In this document: positions 35,503 through 45,966 of the stretch, piece by piece
Layout: each line of letters opens with the position of its first letter
Position numbering within the stretch: position 1 is the first letter of the stretch
Assembly: GCA_028284075.1 (NCBI GenBank)
Contig: JANQSL010000070.1
Coordinates: 41,480 to 105,479, forward strand
DNA from: Candidatus Sumerlaeia bacterium
GTDB taxonomy: Bacteria; Sumerlaeota; Sumerlaeia; SLMS01; JAHLLQ01
Length of the DNA stretch: 64,000 bases
Direction of reading: 5' to 3'
Program-made: the position numbers and the translations under genes
Notes under the pieces: generated by a model
Seen by the model: only the letters and a program-made list of their open reading frames with translations
What the model was told of the DNA's origin: nothing
Databases searched by the model: none

Positions 35503-37233
35503 TCAGTCGGACTGCAGCGCCTCTGCCTTGTTGGCGAAGCGTCTGCAGAGCCCGATGAGATGACCGATACGTTCGCCGGCCTCGTCCGGGTCGAATCTTC
35601 CCGATACGCGAAACGTCACAACAAGATCGCGGCTCTCAACAACGCCGACAAGGAGACGGATGAGATCACCCTCTGTTTTTGCATAGACTCTGATGTTCTT
35701 ATCGCGGACCTGTACCACAGGAGTCATTCCTTCCACGGCCCTGAGTAATTCAAAGACGGCGTCGGCTTCTTCCTGCCTGACAGATTTGGCGCCCGCTTTC
35801 TTTCCAAAAACGGAAAACGAAAGGCTCCCAATGTTGACTTCAGTGAGCGTTTGACGAATGATATCCTTTGAAACGGGGAGCTGAAGATTGCGAAGTGAGA
35901 TTCCGTTCTCTGATATCGCGAGTCGCATACTGGGATTCTTGATTCGAATAAAGGTTTCGGGTTCATAGGTGGCGATATCCCTTGTTTCGGATTTCGTCAG
36001 CATAATGACCTGGGAATCGCGCGTTCCGACTCCGGCAGACCGTGCCTCGGCATTGTCACTGAGGGGCTGGAACACGAGCCAGCCAGCCAGTACCAGAAGC
36101 GGTGTTCCGATAATCGCGGGTCCGTGAGAGTTTCTTTTCCCTGATTTGGGACTGGTGGAAGCGACAATACGCCGGATCCTTCCAAGCAACGGTCCGTCCG
36201 TGGCAGCGAGAGCCATGCGCTCGGCGTGGCGGAGCTCCTCAAGGCGCATAAGCGCGGTGGCGTACGTGCGGGGTTCTCCTTCCATGGCGAGTACCAGATC
36301 GTCACAACAATGCTCACGCTCGGTGCGAATACGCGCAGAAACCCACCAGACCGCCGGATGGAAGAAAAGAACCGTTTCAGCGCATGTCTGGACAACGTTC
36401 CACATATAGTCATGTCGACGGATATGAGCGAGCTCGTGAAGAAGAACGGCGCTAAGCTCGTCCGGCTTCAAACCGGTGATGGAGCAGGGTGGGAGAAGAA
36501 TAACGGGCCGTAGCCATCCGATCATGGAGGGTCCGGCAATCCGGGCGGACTGAAGCAGGCGGACATTCCGGCGTATGCGCAGGCGTGCTTTCAGCTGGCA
36601 GAGAACAACGGTCAGTCCCTCCGGACACGGCTCGACGTTGTCATGACACAGGCGTCGCGCGCGAAGAAACCCGCCGGTGTGCAGGCAGGTGAGCAGAACA
36701 ACGCCAGTAATCCATCCGGCGGCGAGCCATGGAAGCCACGGACTGATGCGTTTCGATGCGGCGTCGATTTTCTGCCCGAGGGTGGGCTCGACATCGGTTT
36801 GTGGAAATGCATCGGGAGACGCCAGATTCTCCGCAATGAAGCCGACAAAGGCGGCCACTCCGTTTTTGATGACACGTACATAGGCGGAATCATCCGGTCC
36901 TGTTGAAAGTGTGTGCGTCTCATTCCGCAAGTTCTCTTCCGGGACAGTCTTGCCGTTGGGCGTCTTGTCGGGCCATCCCGTTGCTGCGGCGACCATGTCA
37001 TCGTCGATTCTCTCTGATACCCGAAGGGCGGTGACGGCAGGACAGGCGAGCATTGCCAGCAGGGCGATGAGGCTGACGGCATAGCGTGCGCTTGCGCTGT
37101 GGTTGTGAAGAAGATGGACGGCGGTTCTCCACAAGACTGCAATCAACGCTCCCTGCCAGAGGAAATGCAGAACACAGAGTCCGATAAGAAGCAGTGCCTT
37201 GATGAGCGGAGTGTTTTGCAACAGGGTGCTCAT
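35503..37233 (-). CDS. BlaR1-like M56 metallopeptidase signal transducer (second copy) with novel C-terminal extracytoplasmic domain
   Basis: HEXXH LHELAHIRRHD with multiple TM helices. Start ATG overlaps the blaI stop (ATGA-type coupling). Confidence 0.8.
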   Translation of the reverse strand: MSTLLQNTPLIKALLLIGLCVLHFLWQGALIAVLWRTAVHLLHNHSASARYAVSLIALLAMLACPAVTALRVSERIDDDMVAAATGWPDKTPNGKTVPEENLRNETHTLSTGPDDSAYVRVIKNGVAAFVGFIAENLASPDAFPQTDVEPTLGQKIDAASKRISPWLPWLAAGWITGVVLLTCLHTGGFLRARRLCHDNVEPCPEGLTVVLCQLKARLRIRRNVRLLQSARIAGPSMIGWLRPVILLPPCSITGLKPDELSAVLLHELAHIRRHDYMWNVVQTCAETVLFFHPAVWWVSARIRTEREHCCDDLVLAMEGEPRTYATALMRLEELRHAERMALAATDGPLLGRIRRIVASTSPKSGKRNSHGPAIIGTPLLVLAGWLVFQPLSDNAEARSAGVGTRDSQVIMLTKSETRDIATYEPETFIRIKNPSMRLAISENGISLRNLQLPVSKDIIRQTLTEVNIGSLSFSVFGKKAGAKSVRQEEADAVFELLRAVEGMTPVVQVRDKNIRVYAKTEGDLIRLLVGVVESRDLVVTFRVSGRFDPDEAGERIGHLIGLCRRFANKAEALQSD

Positions 37234-37234
37234 T

Positions 37235-37636
37235 TCAATCCTCGGTGAGCTGATCAAGAAGCGAGCGGATTTCCTTCAGTTCCTCGGGAGAGGTTTGTTT
37301 GCTGTTAAGTGCGTTGAGAATAAGGTTCGCGGCTGAGCCGTTGAACGCGCGGTTGATGAGATCGTTGACAAGCCGCTTGCGTGTTTGCTCCGGAGGATGG
37401 GCGGCCTTGTAGATATGGGTACGCTGTTCCGTGTTTCTGACAACCAGGCCCTTGTCGGTCATGATCTGCATGAACTTCAGTGTTGTCGTGTAGCTGCGTT
37501 CTTCGGAATCGGGGAGTTGTTCGTGAACTTCGCGGACGGTGGCCGAACCGCGGTCCCAAAGAATTCGGAGGATCGCGAGTTCCGCGTCGGTTGGTCTCGG
37601 GAGGGGCACAGAGGTCATGCGGGTGCTTCCGTTCAC
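37235..37636 (-). CDS. BlaI/MecI/CopY-family transcriptional repressor (second copy)
   Basis: AELAILRILWDRGSATVREVHEQL...YTTTLKFMQIMTDKGLV winged helix. Confidence 0.8.
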   Translation of the reverse strand: MNGSTRMTSVPLPRPTDAELAILRILWDRGSATVREVHEQLPDSEERSYTTTLKFMQIMTDKGLVVRNTEQRTHIYKAAHPPEQTRKRLVNDLINRAFNGSAANLILNALNSKQTSPEELKEIRSLLDQLTED

Positions 37637-37660
37637 TTGGACTGATTGTGAGGGCGCTTT

Positions 37661-37678
37661 CTACGAGATTTTTCGTAG
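37661..37678. promoter_or_regulatory. candidate operator palindrome CTACGA-gatttt-TCGTAG
   Basis: 6-bp inverted repeat ~25 nt upstream of the second blaI-family gene. A further TTCGTAG copy at 37694-37700 and a CGAAgaaaTTCG palindrome at 37686-37697. Confidence 0.35.
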
Positions 37679-37803
37679 TTGTCAACGAAGAAATTCGTAG
37701 ATTGGGTCCGGAATACCTCCTATCAATCCCAAGCCCTTTTTTTTCAGTTATCCATGGAGTGTAATGCTGCATGGAGCCAAGTGTGTCTGATCCATGGAGC
37801 GGG

Positions 37804-39702
37804 TTATTGTGTCTGCCTTGCCTCTTCCAGATATAGTCGCGCCGTTTCGAGGTCCGGCTGCATTTTCAAAACCGCCTCGTATTCACGGATGGCATCGTCG
37901 ATTCGCCCCGCCAGGTGAAATGCGCTCGCCAGATTGAATCGCGCCTCCACACTGTTATTGTCTGATTCCACCGCGCGCCCGAACCACTCCATCGCCACTT
38001 TGTAATCCTCTGAAGAAGCCGCCATCATTCCGAGGCTGTTGAGTGCACCGGTATGTTGTGCATCGATTTCCAGGGTTCGCAAAAAATGGTTCTCGGCCTC
38101 TTTCGCGCGCCCCAGCGCAAGGAGAGCTGTACCGCGGTTCTTCAATGCGTCAGGATAATTCGATTCAATCGCCAATGCCTTGTCGAAGGCATTCAACCCC
38201 TCTTCAGGTCGGTTCATTGCTGTCAGGAGGTTGCCCATGTTGTTCCATGCGAGCACATGGTTGGGATCGATTCCTGTCGCTTCGCGATAGTGTTTCAGTG
38301 ACTCCTCCGAAGCTCCCCGATCACGCAGCACGTTCGCAAGGTTGTAGTGAGCCTCCCGGTATTGGGGCCATGCACGAAGCGCCTCTTTGTAGTGTGCCTC
38401 AGCCTGTCGCTTTTCACCGCGTGTTTCAAGGATGAGGCCAAGGTTGTTATGGGCGATCCAGGCATCGGGATTTCGGTTCAACGTCGATCGCCACAGTGTT
38501 TCCTCGTCGCGATACTGTCTTTGCTCGCGGAGTGTGAATGCTCCAAGAATCATTGCAATGACAACACCTGTCAACAGGGGGGGGATGTGCAGGATTCGGG
38601 TGCTCTTGACTATTCCCGCCGCTGCCAGCGCACATCCCGCCGGGAGTGAGACTTGCATCCAGTGGTCCGACACAAGAGCATAGCGCATGAAATAGATGTC
38701 GAGAAAGCCAAGGACGGGAATCAGCATGACAACAAACCATCCCAATGCCGCGGTCACGTCGCGCCAGCTCTCGGATCTCCGTGTAACGAGTGTGCCGGCG
38801 GCTGCAGCCAGTCCCGCCAGCGGCAGCCATGACAACGGATTGCGAACCGGCATTTCGAACCAGGGATAAACAAAGCTCAGTCCGGCCGGCACAAACGCCT
38901 TAACAAGATAAAACCAAACGGCGCGGGTGGCTACGAGAGTGCGATGCGGCAGCGAGTCCGTTCTCACAACGTCTGTTGCGATGTTCACCGTATACTGAAA
39001 CCACACTGTAACCAGTCCGAGAAGAAGTGAGAGGGCCAGGAACGGTGCGATGGCGACAATGTCTTTTCTCCGGATCGATCCGGTTCGCCTCCATCGGAGC
39101 AGTAACAGGCCGATGGGAAGCATAACCACCGATGTTTTGCTGAGGAGCGCGCCCGCAAACTCCGCCAGAGACAGCCCGTATTGCCTGCGGAATCCGGATT
39201 CGTCCCAACGCAGCCAGGCGAGCACCGAACAAACCAGAAGGAACAGTGAAAGGGTGTTCTTGCGTTCCGTGATCCACGTCACGGATTCCACGTTGACGGG
39301 GTGCATCGCAAACAGCAGTGCTCCCAGCCAGGCTCCGGGGACTGCGAGCCGCCGGAACACGCGCCACAACAGAACGCATGTGGTTCCATGAAGAAGAATA
39401 TTCGTCACATGATAGCCCGTTGCACGCATTCCCCACAGCCGCCACTCGATCCACAGCGTTGTCGATGTAAGGGGAAAGTAATCGGGGGCTTCTCTCGAGA
39501 ACCAAAAACGAAGCAAGCCGTCTGATGCATGAATCAAGGGGTTGCGGTATAAAAAGCGGTCATCATCCCATATGAACCCACACATCATTGCCGGGATGTA
39601 CGCCAGTACCACGGCCGCAAAAAGAAGACAGCTCGCGACAACACTGTTTGTCGCAGGAGTCGGATCATCCGGCGCGGGAACGTCTGGCGCTGTTTTTTCC
39701 AT
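37804..39702 (-). CDS. TMTC-like polytopic membrane protein with C-terminal TPR repeats (DUF1736-type)
   Basis: N-terminal FIWDDDRFLYRNP and MHPVNVESVTWITERKN motifs with ~10 TM helices, then multiple TPR units (AHYNLANVLRDRG...). Confidence 0.7.
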   Translation of the reverse strand: MEKTAPDVPAPDDPTPATNSVVASCLLFAAVVLAYIPAMMCGFIWDDDRFLYRNPLIHASDGLLRFWFSREAPDYFPLTSTTLWIEWRLWGMRATGYHVTNILLHGTTCVLLWRVFRRLAVPGAWLGALLFAMHPVNVESVTWITERKNTLSLFLLVCSVLAWLRWDESGFRRQYGLSLAEFAGALLSKTSVVMLPIGLLLLRWRRTGSIRRKDIVAIAPFLALSLLLGLVTVWFQYTVNIATDVVRTDSLPHRTLVATRAVWFYLVKAFVPAGLSFVYPWFEMPVRNPLSWLPLAGLAAAAGTLVTRRSESWRDVTAALGWFVVMLIPVLGFLDIYFMRYALVSDHWMQVSLPAGCALAAAGIVKSTRILHIPPLLTGVVIAMILGAFTLREQRQYRDEETLWRSTLNRNPDAWIAHNNLGLILETRGEKRQAEAHYKEALRAWPQYREAHYNLANVLRDRGASEESLKHYREATGIDPNHVLAWNNMGNLLTAMNRPEEGLNAFDKALAIESNYPDALKNRGTALLALGRAKEAENHFLRTLEIDAQHTGALNSLGMMAASSEDYKVAMEWFGRAVESDNNSVEARFNLASAFHLAGRIDDAIREYEAVLKMQPDLETARLYLEEARQTQ

Positions 39703-39803
39703 TCAGTCAGAAAGACGAAAACCCATGGCCGGTGCAACCGCTACAACGGACATCGGTTCTGCACAGGCTGAAGGCATGAGCTGGAGATGCTGCCCGTATC
39801 CTG

Positions 39804-40643
39804 TTATTCTTTTGTTTTATGGATGAAATCCATCACGAGGTTGCGGGAAACGGCCAGGCGATAGTTGCGGGTGGACCGAATATCATCCATGGGCGCCAGT
39901 TCCTCCATCAGTACCACGGCGGCTTCTTCCGGTGAGGCACCTCCGGCAATGGCTTTCTCGGTCTTTAGGGCGCGCAACGTCGTGGGTCCGACGGATCCCC
40001 AGGCGAGTTTGGTTTCATGGTCTGTCCTGATGCCGGCCACAACAACCTTGCTGATAGCCTGTGCAGCCCGTGTTCCGACCTTGCGGTAGTAATGGCGCGC
40101 ACCGTCCGGTGGTGCCGGTAGAATGATTTCTGAAATCAGTTCGTCTGAACGGAGGATCGTTTTGCGATAGCCGGTATAAAACTCGTTGATGGAAATAACG
40201 CGCTCACCGCTGCTGCTAAGGAGACGAATGTTCGCCTCGTACACAAAAAGCGCGGGGACCGTGTCGGCGGCGGGAGATCCGTTGACGATATTGCCGACAA
40301 GCGTTCCCCGGTTTTGAATCTGGAGGGCGCCGGTGACTTTCGCGGATTCCACCAGCAAAGGATAGCGTTCACACACAACGGGGTGATGACGAACGTCGGT
40401 GTAGGTTGCCAGAGCTCCGATGATCAGCGAACCGTCGGACTCACGAATACCTCGCCAGTCGCCTGCGAGTTGATGCAGGCTTTGAACAGGACAGGGTGCC
40501 AGAAGTCCTTCGTTTAAGAGGACCATGACTTCCGTGCCGCCCGCTATCGGCAGCAGGTTCTCAATCGCAGCCTTTTGCTCCAGAGCCTCCTCAACACCAA
40601 CAGGAACGTACGCGCGATACCGGACAGGATTGGATGCGATCAT
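39804..40643 (-). CDS. xanthine dehydrogenase-family FAD-binding (medium) subunit
   Basis: CO-dehydrogenase-flavoprotein-like fold (IAGGTEV...). Start at the verified ATG MIASNPVRY, overlapping the 2Fe-2S subunit stop. Confidence 0.75.
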   Translation of the reverse strand: MIASNPVRYRAYVPVGVEEALEQKAAIENLLPIAGGTEVMVLLNEGLLAPCPVQSLHQLAGDWRGIRESDGSLIIGALATYTDVRHHPVVCERYPLLVESAKVTGALQIQNRGTLVGNIVNGSPAADTVPALFVYEANIRLLSSSGERVISINEFYTGYRKTILRSDELISEIILPAPPDGARHYYRKVGTRAAQAISKVVVAGIRTDHETKLAWGSVGPTTLRALKTEKAIAGGASPEEAAVVLMEELAPMDDIRSTRNYRLAVSRNLVMDFIHKTKE

Positions 40644-41119
40644 TCCGGGTGTCCTGTTTTTGCGGCCTGCTCCATCGCGCGAAAGATCGCGCTGTATCCG
40701 GTGCAGCGGCAGAGGTTGCCTTCCAGAGCTTCGCGCAGGCCGCCGGGAGCCCGGTCGGGATGACGGAGGTGATGAACACCTGCCATAACCATTCCCGGTG
40801 TGCAGATACCACACTGGGCACCACCACATTCGAGAAACGCCTGTTGCACGGGGTGCAATATTTCCTCGCCGTTTTCCGCGACGCGGGCAAGTCCCTCCAC
40901 TGTTTCAATTTCAGCTCCCCCGGCCTGCATGACAGGAACCATGCAACTCATAACCAGCTCATCATTCATGATAACCGTACACGCCCCGCACTCGCCTTCT
41001 CCGCATCCATACTTTGTTCCCGTCAGCCGGCAGCTTTCACGTAAAACATCCAACAGCGGCATCATGGGATGCGCGTCGGTTTCATACTCGCGTCCGTTGA
41101 TCGTCATGCGGATAGTCAT
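40640..41119 (-). CDS. xanthine dehydrogenase-family [2Fe-2S] (small) subunit
   Basis: Plant-type ferredoxin cysteines CGEGECGACTV and second-cluster cysteines CGGAQCGICTPG. Confidence 0.8.
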   Translation of the reverse strand: MTIRMTINGREYETDAHPMMPLLDVLRESCRLTGTKYGCGEGECGACTVIMNDELVMSCMVPVMQAGGAEIETVEGLARVAENGEEILHPVQQAFLECGGAQCGICTPGMVMAGVHHLRHPDRAPGGLREALEGNLCRCTGYSAIFRAMEQAAKTGHPE

Positions 41120-43296
41120 TTGAGGATGTCCTCGGGGCGGATTGGGATCGAAACAATGTTCTGTCCCGTCGCATGAGCCACGGCGTTTGCAATCGCGGCG
41201 GGCGGACCATCCATTGGAAGTTCGCCAACACCTTTTGAGCCGAACGCTCCGATGGGATTGTGATGCTCAACAAATTCCACCACCATGTCCGGACCGTCAG
41301 CGGATGTGGGAATAATGTAGTTGGTGACGCGTGTATTTTGCATAAGTCCCTCTCTCAGCACGACGTCCTCACATGTTGCCCAGCCTGCTCCCTGTGCCAT
41401 TCCTCCCTCAACCTGGCCCACTGCAAGGACCGGATTGATGACGCACCCGATATCATAGATGCCCCACATTTTCTCGACACGAAGTTCCGCAGTCACGCTG
41501 TCGAGGACGATTTCCGCGACGTTGCACCCCCAGGAGTACGCACCATATGCGCAGCCCTGGTATGTTTCCTCGTTCCAGACCAGTCCCGGCGGCGGTTCGT
41601 AACGCGCCTCGGCACGAAGAGAATCCATCGCGGCCGCTTCGGCAACATCGCGACCATTGAGTTTCTCTCGCATCTGGCGTGCTGCTTTCTCAACAAGGCC
41701 GCCGACGATGGAGCAGGTGCGCGAGGCAACGGTCGGACCGCTGTCCGGGACCGCGCCGGTCTCCGGCTTGCGAAATCGAATTTGCTCAATGTTGATACCA
41801 AGGCCTTCGGCGGCGATTTGAGCAAAAACGGTTTCCGTTCCCTGGCCAATTTCCGTCGACGAGACCTGGATTTCCACGGTTCCGTCGGACTGCGCTTCAA
41901 GGGCTACGACACTACTGAGGTAAACTTCACCGGAACCCGTGAAGCCGGTACCGTGATAAAAAACGGAAAGCCCCATTCCATGTCCTGACCCACATGGGGA
42001 GCTTTGCTGTTTCGCGCGGTAGTCAGACAGCTCCAGAGCCCGATCAACGATGTGGTCGAGTTCCGGATCCTCTTCGACAATCTGAGAAGTGGGTAACACG
42101 TCGCCACGCTGCAAAAAGTTTTTCCTCCGCAGCTCGATGGGGCAGATGCCGAGGAGTTGCGAGAGACGATCGAGATGACGCTCGATGGCAAACTCACTCT
42201 GAGGTGCCCCGAAGCCGCGGAATGCTCCATAGGGAGGAGAATTAGTGAACCAGCACAGGCCATCCATTTTTGCCGCAGGCCAGCGATAGGGACCGCCACT
42301 ATGGAGAAGGCCGCGTGAAAGAACAACAGGCGACAATGTCAGATAGGCGCCACCGTCTATATGAAAGGTGACCTCGATGCCCTTGAAAACTCCCTCTCTT
42401 GTACATGCCGTGCGAATGCGTGTGATCGAAGGATGGCGTTTTGTCGAGCACGCCATATCCTCGGCGCGGTCGTATATCAGGCGAACCGGTTTGCCCCCGG
42501 CCTTGCGCGACAGCAGCGCAGTGTGAATGGCCACCATGCTGGGGAATTCCTCCTTGCCGCCAAAGCCGCCACCTGTCGTTTCCTGAACGACACGGACCTG
42601 ATCATCCCGCTCAAGAGCAAAAGCGTTTTTGACCGCTTTGTGAACGTAATAGGGGCACTGATTTGATCCGTGCAGAACAACGGTTTCATTCTCCCACCAT
42701 GCAATGAATCCGTTTGGCTCTATATAGACGTGCTCCTGAGCTCCGGTGGCGTATTCTCCTTCAAAAACAATGTTTTCTCCGGAAAAGGCCTGCTCTGTAT
42801 TTCCATGCCGAATCGCAAGATCCTTAAGGACACGCCCCTGTTCCATTTCGAAGATGCCGGGATCCTTCTCATAAACAATTTCAATGGCGCGTGCGGCTTC
42901 CTGCACAAGGCCCGGATCCTCATGGGCAATGAGGAGAATGGCTTCCTGATGATGCCGAACGATACTATCCACCAACGCAGGCTGCTCGTTTGTAATCAAA
43001 GCGACTTCGTTGACCGGCAGATCCTTTGCCGTGACGATTGTGAACTCATTCCATGGAAAACCTTCGGGGAAGCGGATGTCCCTGACTCGACCTGCGGCAA
43101 TGGTGGTGCGAATCGTTCGTCCCGTCAGGGCTCCTTCCACATGCATGTCGTCAATATAGCGCGAGCGACCGGTAAGCTTGTGGGCACCTTCGCGACGGGT
43201 CACGGAACGACCCACATACCGTAGTTCATGATGTTCGGGAGGCGAAACTGTCATGTGCTCTCGAGAAAACTCTCCATCGGGACCTGAATGTTTCAT
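41116..43296 (-). CDS. xanthine dehydrogenase-family molybdopterin-binding (large) subunit
   Basis: Aldehyde oxidase/xanthine dehydrogenase a/b hammerhead and MoCo domains. Alternative start at 43254. Confidence 0.8.
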   Translation of the reverse strand: MKHSGPDGEFSREHMTVSPPEHHELRYVGRSVTRREGAHKLTGRSRYIDDMHVEGALTGRTIRTTIAAGRVRDIRFPEGFPWNEFTIVTAKDLPVNEVALITNEQPALVDSIVRHHQEAILLIAHEDPGLVQEAARAIEIVYEKDPGIFEMEQGRVLKDLAIRHGNTEQAFSGENIVFEGEYATGAQEHVYIEPNGFIAWWENETVVLHGSNQCPYYVHKAVKNAFALERDDQVRVVQETTGGGFGGKEEFPSMVAIHTALLSRKAGGKPVRLIYDRAEDMACSTKRHPSITRIRTACTREGVFKGIEVTFHIDGGAYLTLSPVVLSRGLLHSGGPYRWPAAKMDGLCWFTNSPPYGAFRGFGAPQSEFAIERHLDRLSQLLGICPIELRRKNFLQRGDVLPTSQIVEEDPELDHIVDRALELSDYRAKQQSSPCGSGHGMGLSVFYHGTGFTGSGEVYLSSVVALEAQSDGTVEIQVSSTEIGQGTETVFAQIAAEGLGINIEQIRFRKPETGAVPDSGPTVASRTCSIVGGLVEKAARQMREKLNGRDVAEAAAMDSLRAEARYEPPPGLVWNEETYQGCAYGAYSWGCNVAEIVLDSVTAELRVEKMWGIYDIGCVINPVLAVGQVEGGMAQGAGWATCEDVVLREGLMQNTRVTNYIIPTSADGPDMVVEFVEHHNPIGAFGSKGVGELPMDGPPAAIANAVAHATGQNIVSIPIRPEDILK

Positions 43297-43466
43297 CCTC
43301 GTGCGACGGCAGGTCTCGTCAACCGATATTGCCGTAGGCTTGTTCCAAACTGGCCGGCGAGGATCGCACGACAGCGTTTCTTTGCTTGCAGCGAGGCGCC
43401 TGTGGTTCTCATCCTCGTAGTCTTAACGCTGCCCGGCAAAGCCGGGCCAACAAAGGATATTATTGA

Positions 43467-44648
43467 ATGAGTGTGCTTCCCGCTCCCCTTAATCCCCCTG
43501 ATCGTGTACTTCTCGGTCCCGGCCCCAGCGATGTCTCCTCTCGTATTCTGCGAGCCCTTTCGGCACCGACCATCGGCCACCTGGACCCACATTACCTGGA
43601 GCTGATGGATGAGGTTCGGTCAATGCTGCGAGAGGTTTTCCGGACAGAAAACGAGCTGACCCTCGCCGTTTCCGCGACGGGTATGGCGGGAATGGAGTGC
43701 ATCATCTCGAACCTGCTGGAGTGTGGGGACGAGATGATTGTTTGCATCAACGGTGTTTTCGGCGGGCGGATGGCGGATATGGCCTCCCGGCAGGGAATCG
43801 TTGTCCACAAACTCGAGGCGGAATGGGGCCGGGTTTTTGATCTCGCGCAGATCGAAGAGGCCTTCAAGAGGCACCCCGGTGCCAAGGCGATCGGTATCGT
43901 GCATGCCGAAACCTCGACGGGCGCTCACCAGCCTATGGATGGAATTGGAGAACTCGCCCACCGGAATGGCTCCCTTCTGATTGTGGATGCGGTCACTTCT
44001 CTCGGGGGTGTGGATGTTCGTATCGACGACTGGGGGGTCGATGCGTGTTACAGCGCGACACAGAAGTGCCTGTCCTGTCCTCCGGGGCTGGCCCCCGTGA
44101 CGTTTTCAAAGCGAGCCGAGGAGAAGATGGCGGGTCGGACATCAAAGTGTGTCTCCTGGTACCTCGACGTGAGTATGGTGCGCGACTACTGGGGGAGTGC
44201 GCGTTCTTATCATCATACCGCACCCATTAATATGACGTATGCTCTTCGCGAAGCGTTATTGATCATTTTGGAGGAGGGGCTTGATGTTCGATTTGCCCGG
44301 CATGAACGGAATCATCGTGCTCTTCGGGCGGGTCTTGAAGCGATGGGTGTCTCCTATATCCCGCAGCATTCGTTAACGACACTCAATTGTATTGGCATTC
44401 CCGACGGGGTGGATGACGTCGTCGCGCGCAAACATCTGCTGGAGCAGTATGGGATCGAGATTGGCTCGGGCCTGGGGCCCTTCAAGGGCAGAGCCTGGCG
44501 AATCGGCCTGATGGGCGAGTCCAGTAGTGAAAGGAATGTAATGCTTGTTTTGAGTGCGCTCGAGTCGGCACTCACGAGACAGAATGTTTCCTTCAAGGAA
44601 GGCGTCGGACCGGCGGCGGCACAGGCAGTTTATGGCTCTCGCGACTGA
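43467..44648 (+). CDS. class-V aminotransferase (serine-pyruvate/alanine-glyoxylate type; candidate ureidoglycine-glyoxylate aminotransferase PucG-like)
   Basis: AGT-family fold with PLP-Lys region TQKCL. Divergent from the XDH genes and followed by the uricolytic genes. Confidence 0.7.
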   Translation: MSVLPAPLNPPDRVLLGPGPSDVSSRILRALSAPTIGHLDPHYLELMDEVRSMLREVFRTENELTLAVSATGMAGMECIISNLLECGDEMIVCINGVFGGRMADMASRQGIVVHKLEAEWGRVFDLAQIEEAFKRHPGAKAIGIVHAETSTGAHQPMDGIGELAHRNGSLLIVDAVTSLGGVDVRIDDWGVDACYSATQKCLSCPPGLAPVTFSKRAEEKMAGRTSKCVSWYLDVSMVRDYWGSARSYHHTAPINMTYALREALLIILEEGLDVRFARHERNHRALRAGLEAMGVSYIPQHSLTTLNCIGIPDGVDDVVARKHLLEQYGIEIGSGLGPFKGRAWRIGLMGESSSERNVMLVLSALESALTRQNVSFKEGVGPAAAQAVYGSRD

Positions 44649-45879
44649 CCAACGAAGCAGCGCCACTCGCGTGATGGAACGATGCGCCCGGCTTGCCGAG
44701 TTCACCGAAGAACCCGGACACATAACCCGAACCTACCTCTCTTCATCAATGCTTGGTTTACACCGCGAGGTTTCTGACTGGATGAGAGAGGCGGGTTTGG
44801 AGGTACGCGTCGACAACGCCGGCAACATTGTGGGCAGACGTTTATCCGGCACAAGGGACGCGAAGGTTTTTACAATCGGGTCACATCTGGATACGGTTCC
44901 CAACGCAGGTCGATATGACGGTATACTCGGGGTGATTGTTGGAATTGAAGCTGCAGGGATTTTGCGCCATGAGTCATTACCTTTCGATCTCGAGGTTGTG
45001 GGCTTTTCAGAAGAAGAAGGTGTTCGGTTCAACATGCCGTTTATCGGGAGTCGAGCTTATGCGGGTACGTTTGACTCCTCACTTTTGTCGCTCAGCGACG
45101 CACATGGAGAGACTGTCGCAGACGCTATTCGTTTCTTCGGCCTGAATCCGGACATGATCGGAGAGGCAGCAGTTTCATCGGAGGATCTGCTTGGATTCCT
45201 CGAGGTGCATATTGAGCAGGGACCGGTTCTTCAGCAGCGCGGCATGCCGGTCGCGGCTGTAGAGCATATATCCGGTCAGACCCGCCTGCATGCCGTTGTT
45301 ACCGGTGAGACCCGTCACGCGGGTACAACCCCGATGAACGCTCGTCATGATGCTCTTGCAGGTGCTTCTGAGATCGTTCTTGCCGTGGAACGGCTCGGAA
45401 TCGAGGGCGCTGCTGATGTCATGACGGTTGGCCGCCTGGTTGTATCTCCAAACGTTCCCAATTGTGTGCCCGGATCCGTTGCCCTGACGGTGGATATCCG
45501 ACATGCGGAAGACGCTCGTCGGGCGAAAGCGGAAGCACAGTTGATGCAAAAGGCGGAGCGTATTGCCACTGATCGCGGATTGATGTTTCATCTCACGGAC
45601 CGGCGCGAAACACCATGTGTTTTGTGTAACGGTGATTTGACGGACTGCCTTGCGGAATCCATCGCGGTCGCAACTGAGCAGCCGGCGTTTCGTCACTTCA
45701 GCGGGGCGGGTCACGACACAATGGTTATGGCGCAGGTGACGCGGACAGCCATGCTGTTTGTGCGTTGCCGCGACGGCATCAGCCACAATCCGGAGGAAAG
45801 CGTCACGATCGAGGATGTTGGCGTTGCCGTTGAAGCGACCGTTGATTTTCTGCGCAGGCTGGGGAGGCGGGCTTCCTGA
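44632..45879 (+). CDS. allC: M20-family amidohydrolase, probable allantoate amidohydrolase
   Basis: AAH/carbamoylase-type M20 fold ([15 protein letters not shown]; EEEGVRF). Start uncertain: ATG at 44632 overlaps the upstream gene by 17 nt, with an alternative ATG at 44674. Confidence 0.65.
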   Translation: MALATDQRSSATRVMERCARLAEFTEEPGHITRTYLSSSMLGLHREVSDWMREAGLEVRVDNAGNIVGRRLSGTRDAKVFTIGSHLDTVPNAGRYDGILGVIVGIEAAGILRHESLPFDLEVVGFSEEEGVRFNMPFIGSRAYAGTFDSSLLSLSDAHGETVADAIRFFGLNPDMIGEAAVSSEDLLGFLEVHIEQGPVLQQRGMPVAAVEHISGQTRLHAVVTGETRHAGTTPMNARHDALAGASEIVLAVERLGIEGAADVMTVGRLVVSPNVPNCVPGSVALTVDIRHAEDARRAKAEAQLMQKAERIATDRGLMFHLTDRRETPCVLCNGDLTDCLAESIAVATEQPAFRHFSGAGHDTMVMAQVTRTAMLFVRCRDGISHNPEESVTIEDVGVAVEATVDFLRRLGRRAS

Positions 45880-45966
45880 AGCGCTCCATGCTTCCAAAGC
45901 CCGGTATTTTCGCTTGCCGAGTAATGATGGGTTGAGTCTGATCAATTTTTCAATGGAGGCCGTTTT

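Noticed and set aside
44554-44631. Upstream portion of the tracked ORF for the first M20 amidohydrolase
   Set aside because: It overlaps the last 95 nt of the aminotransferase gene in another frame and encodes Arg/Ser low complexity. The start was moved to the ATG at 44632 (alternative 44674).
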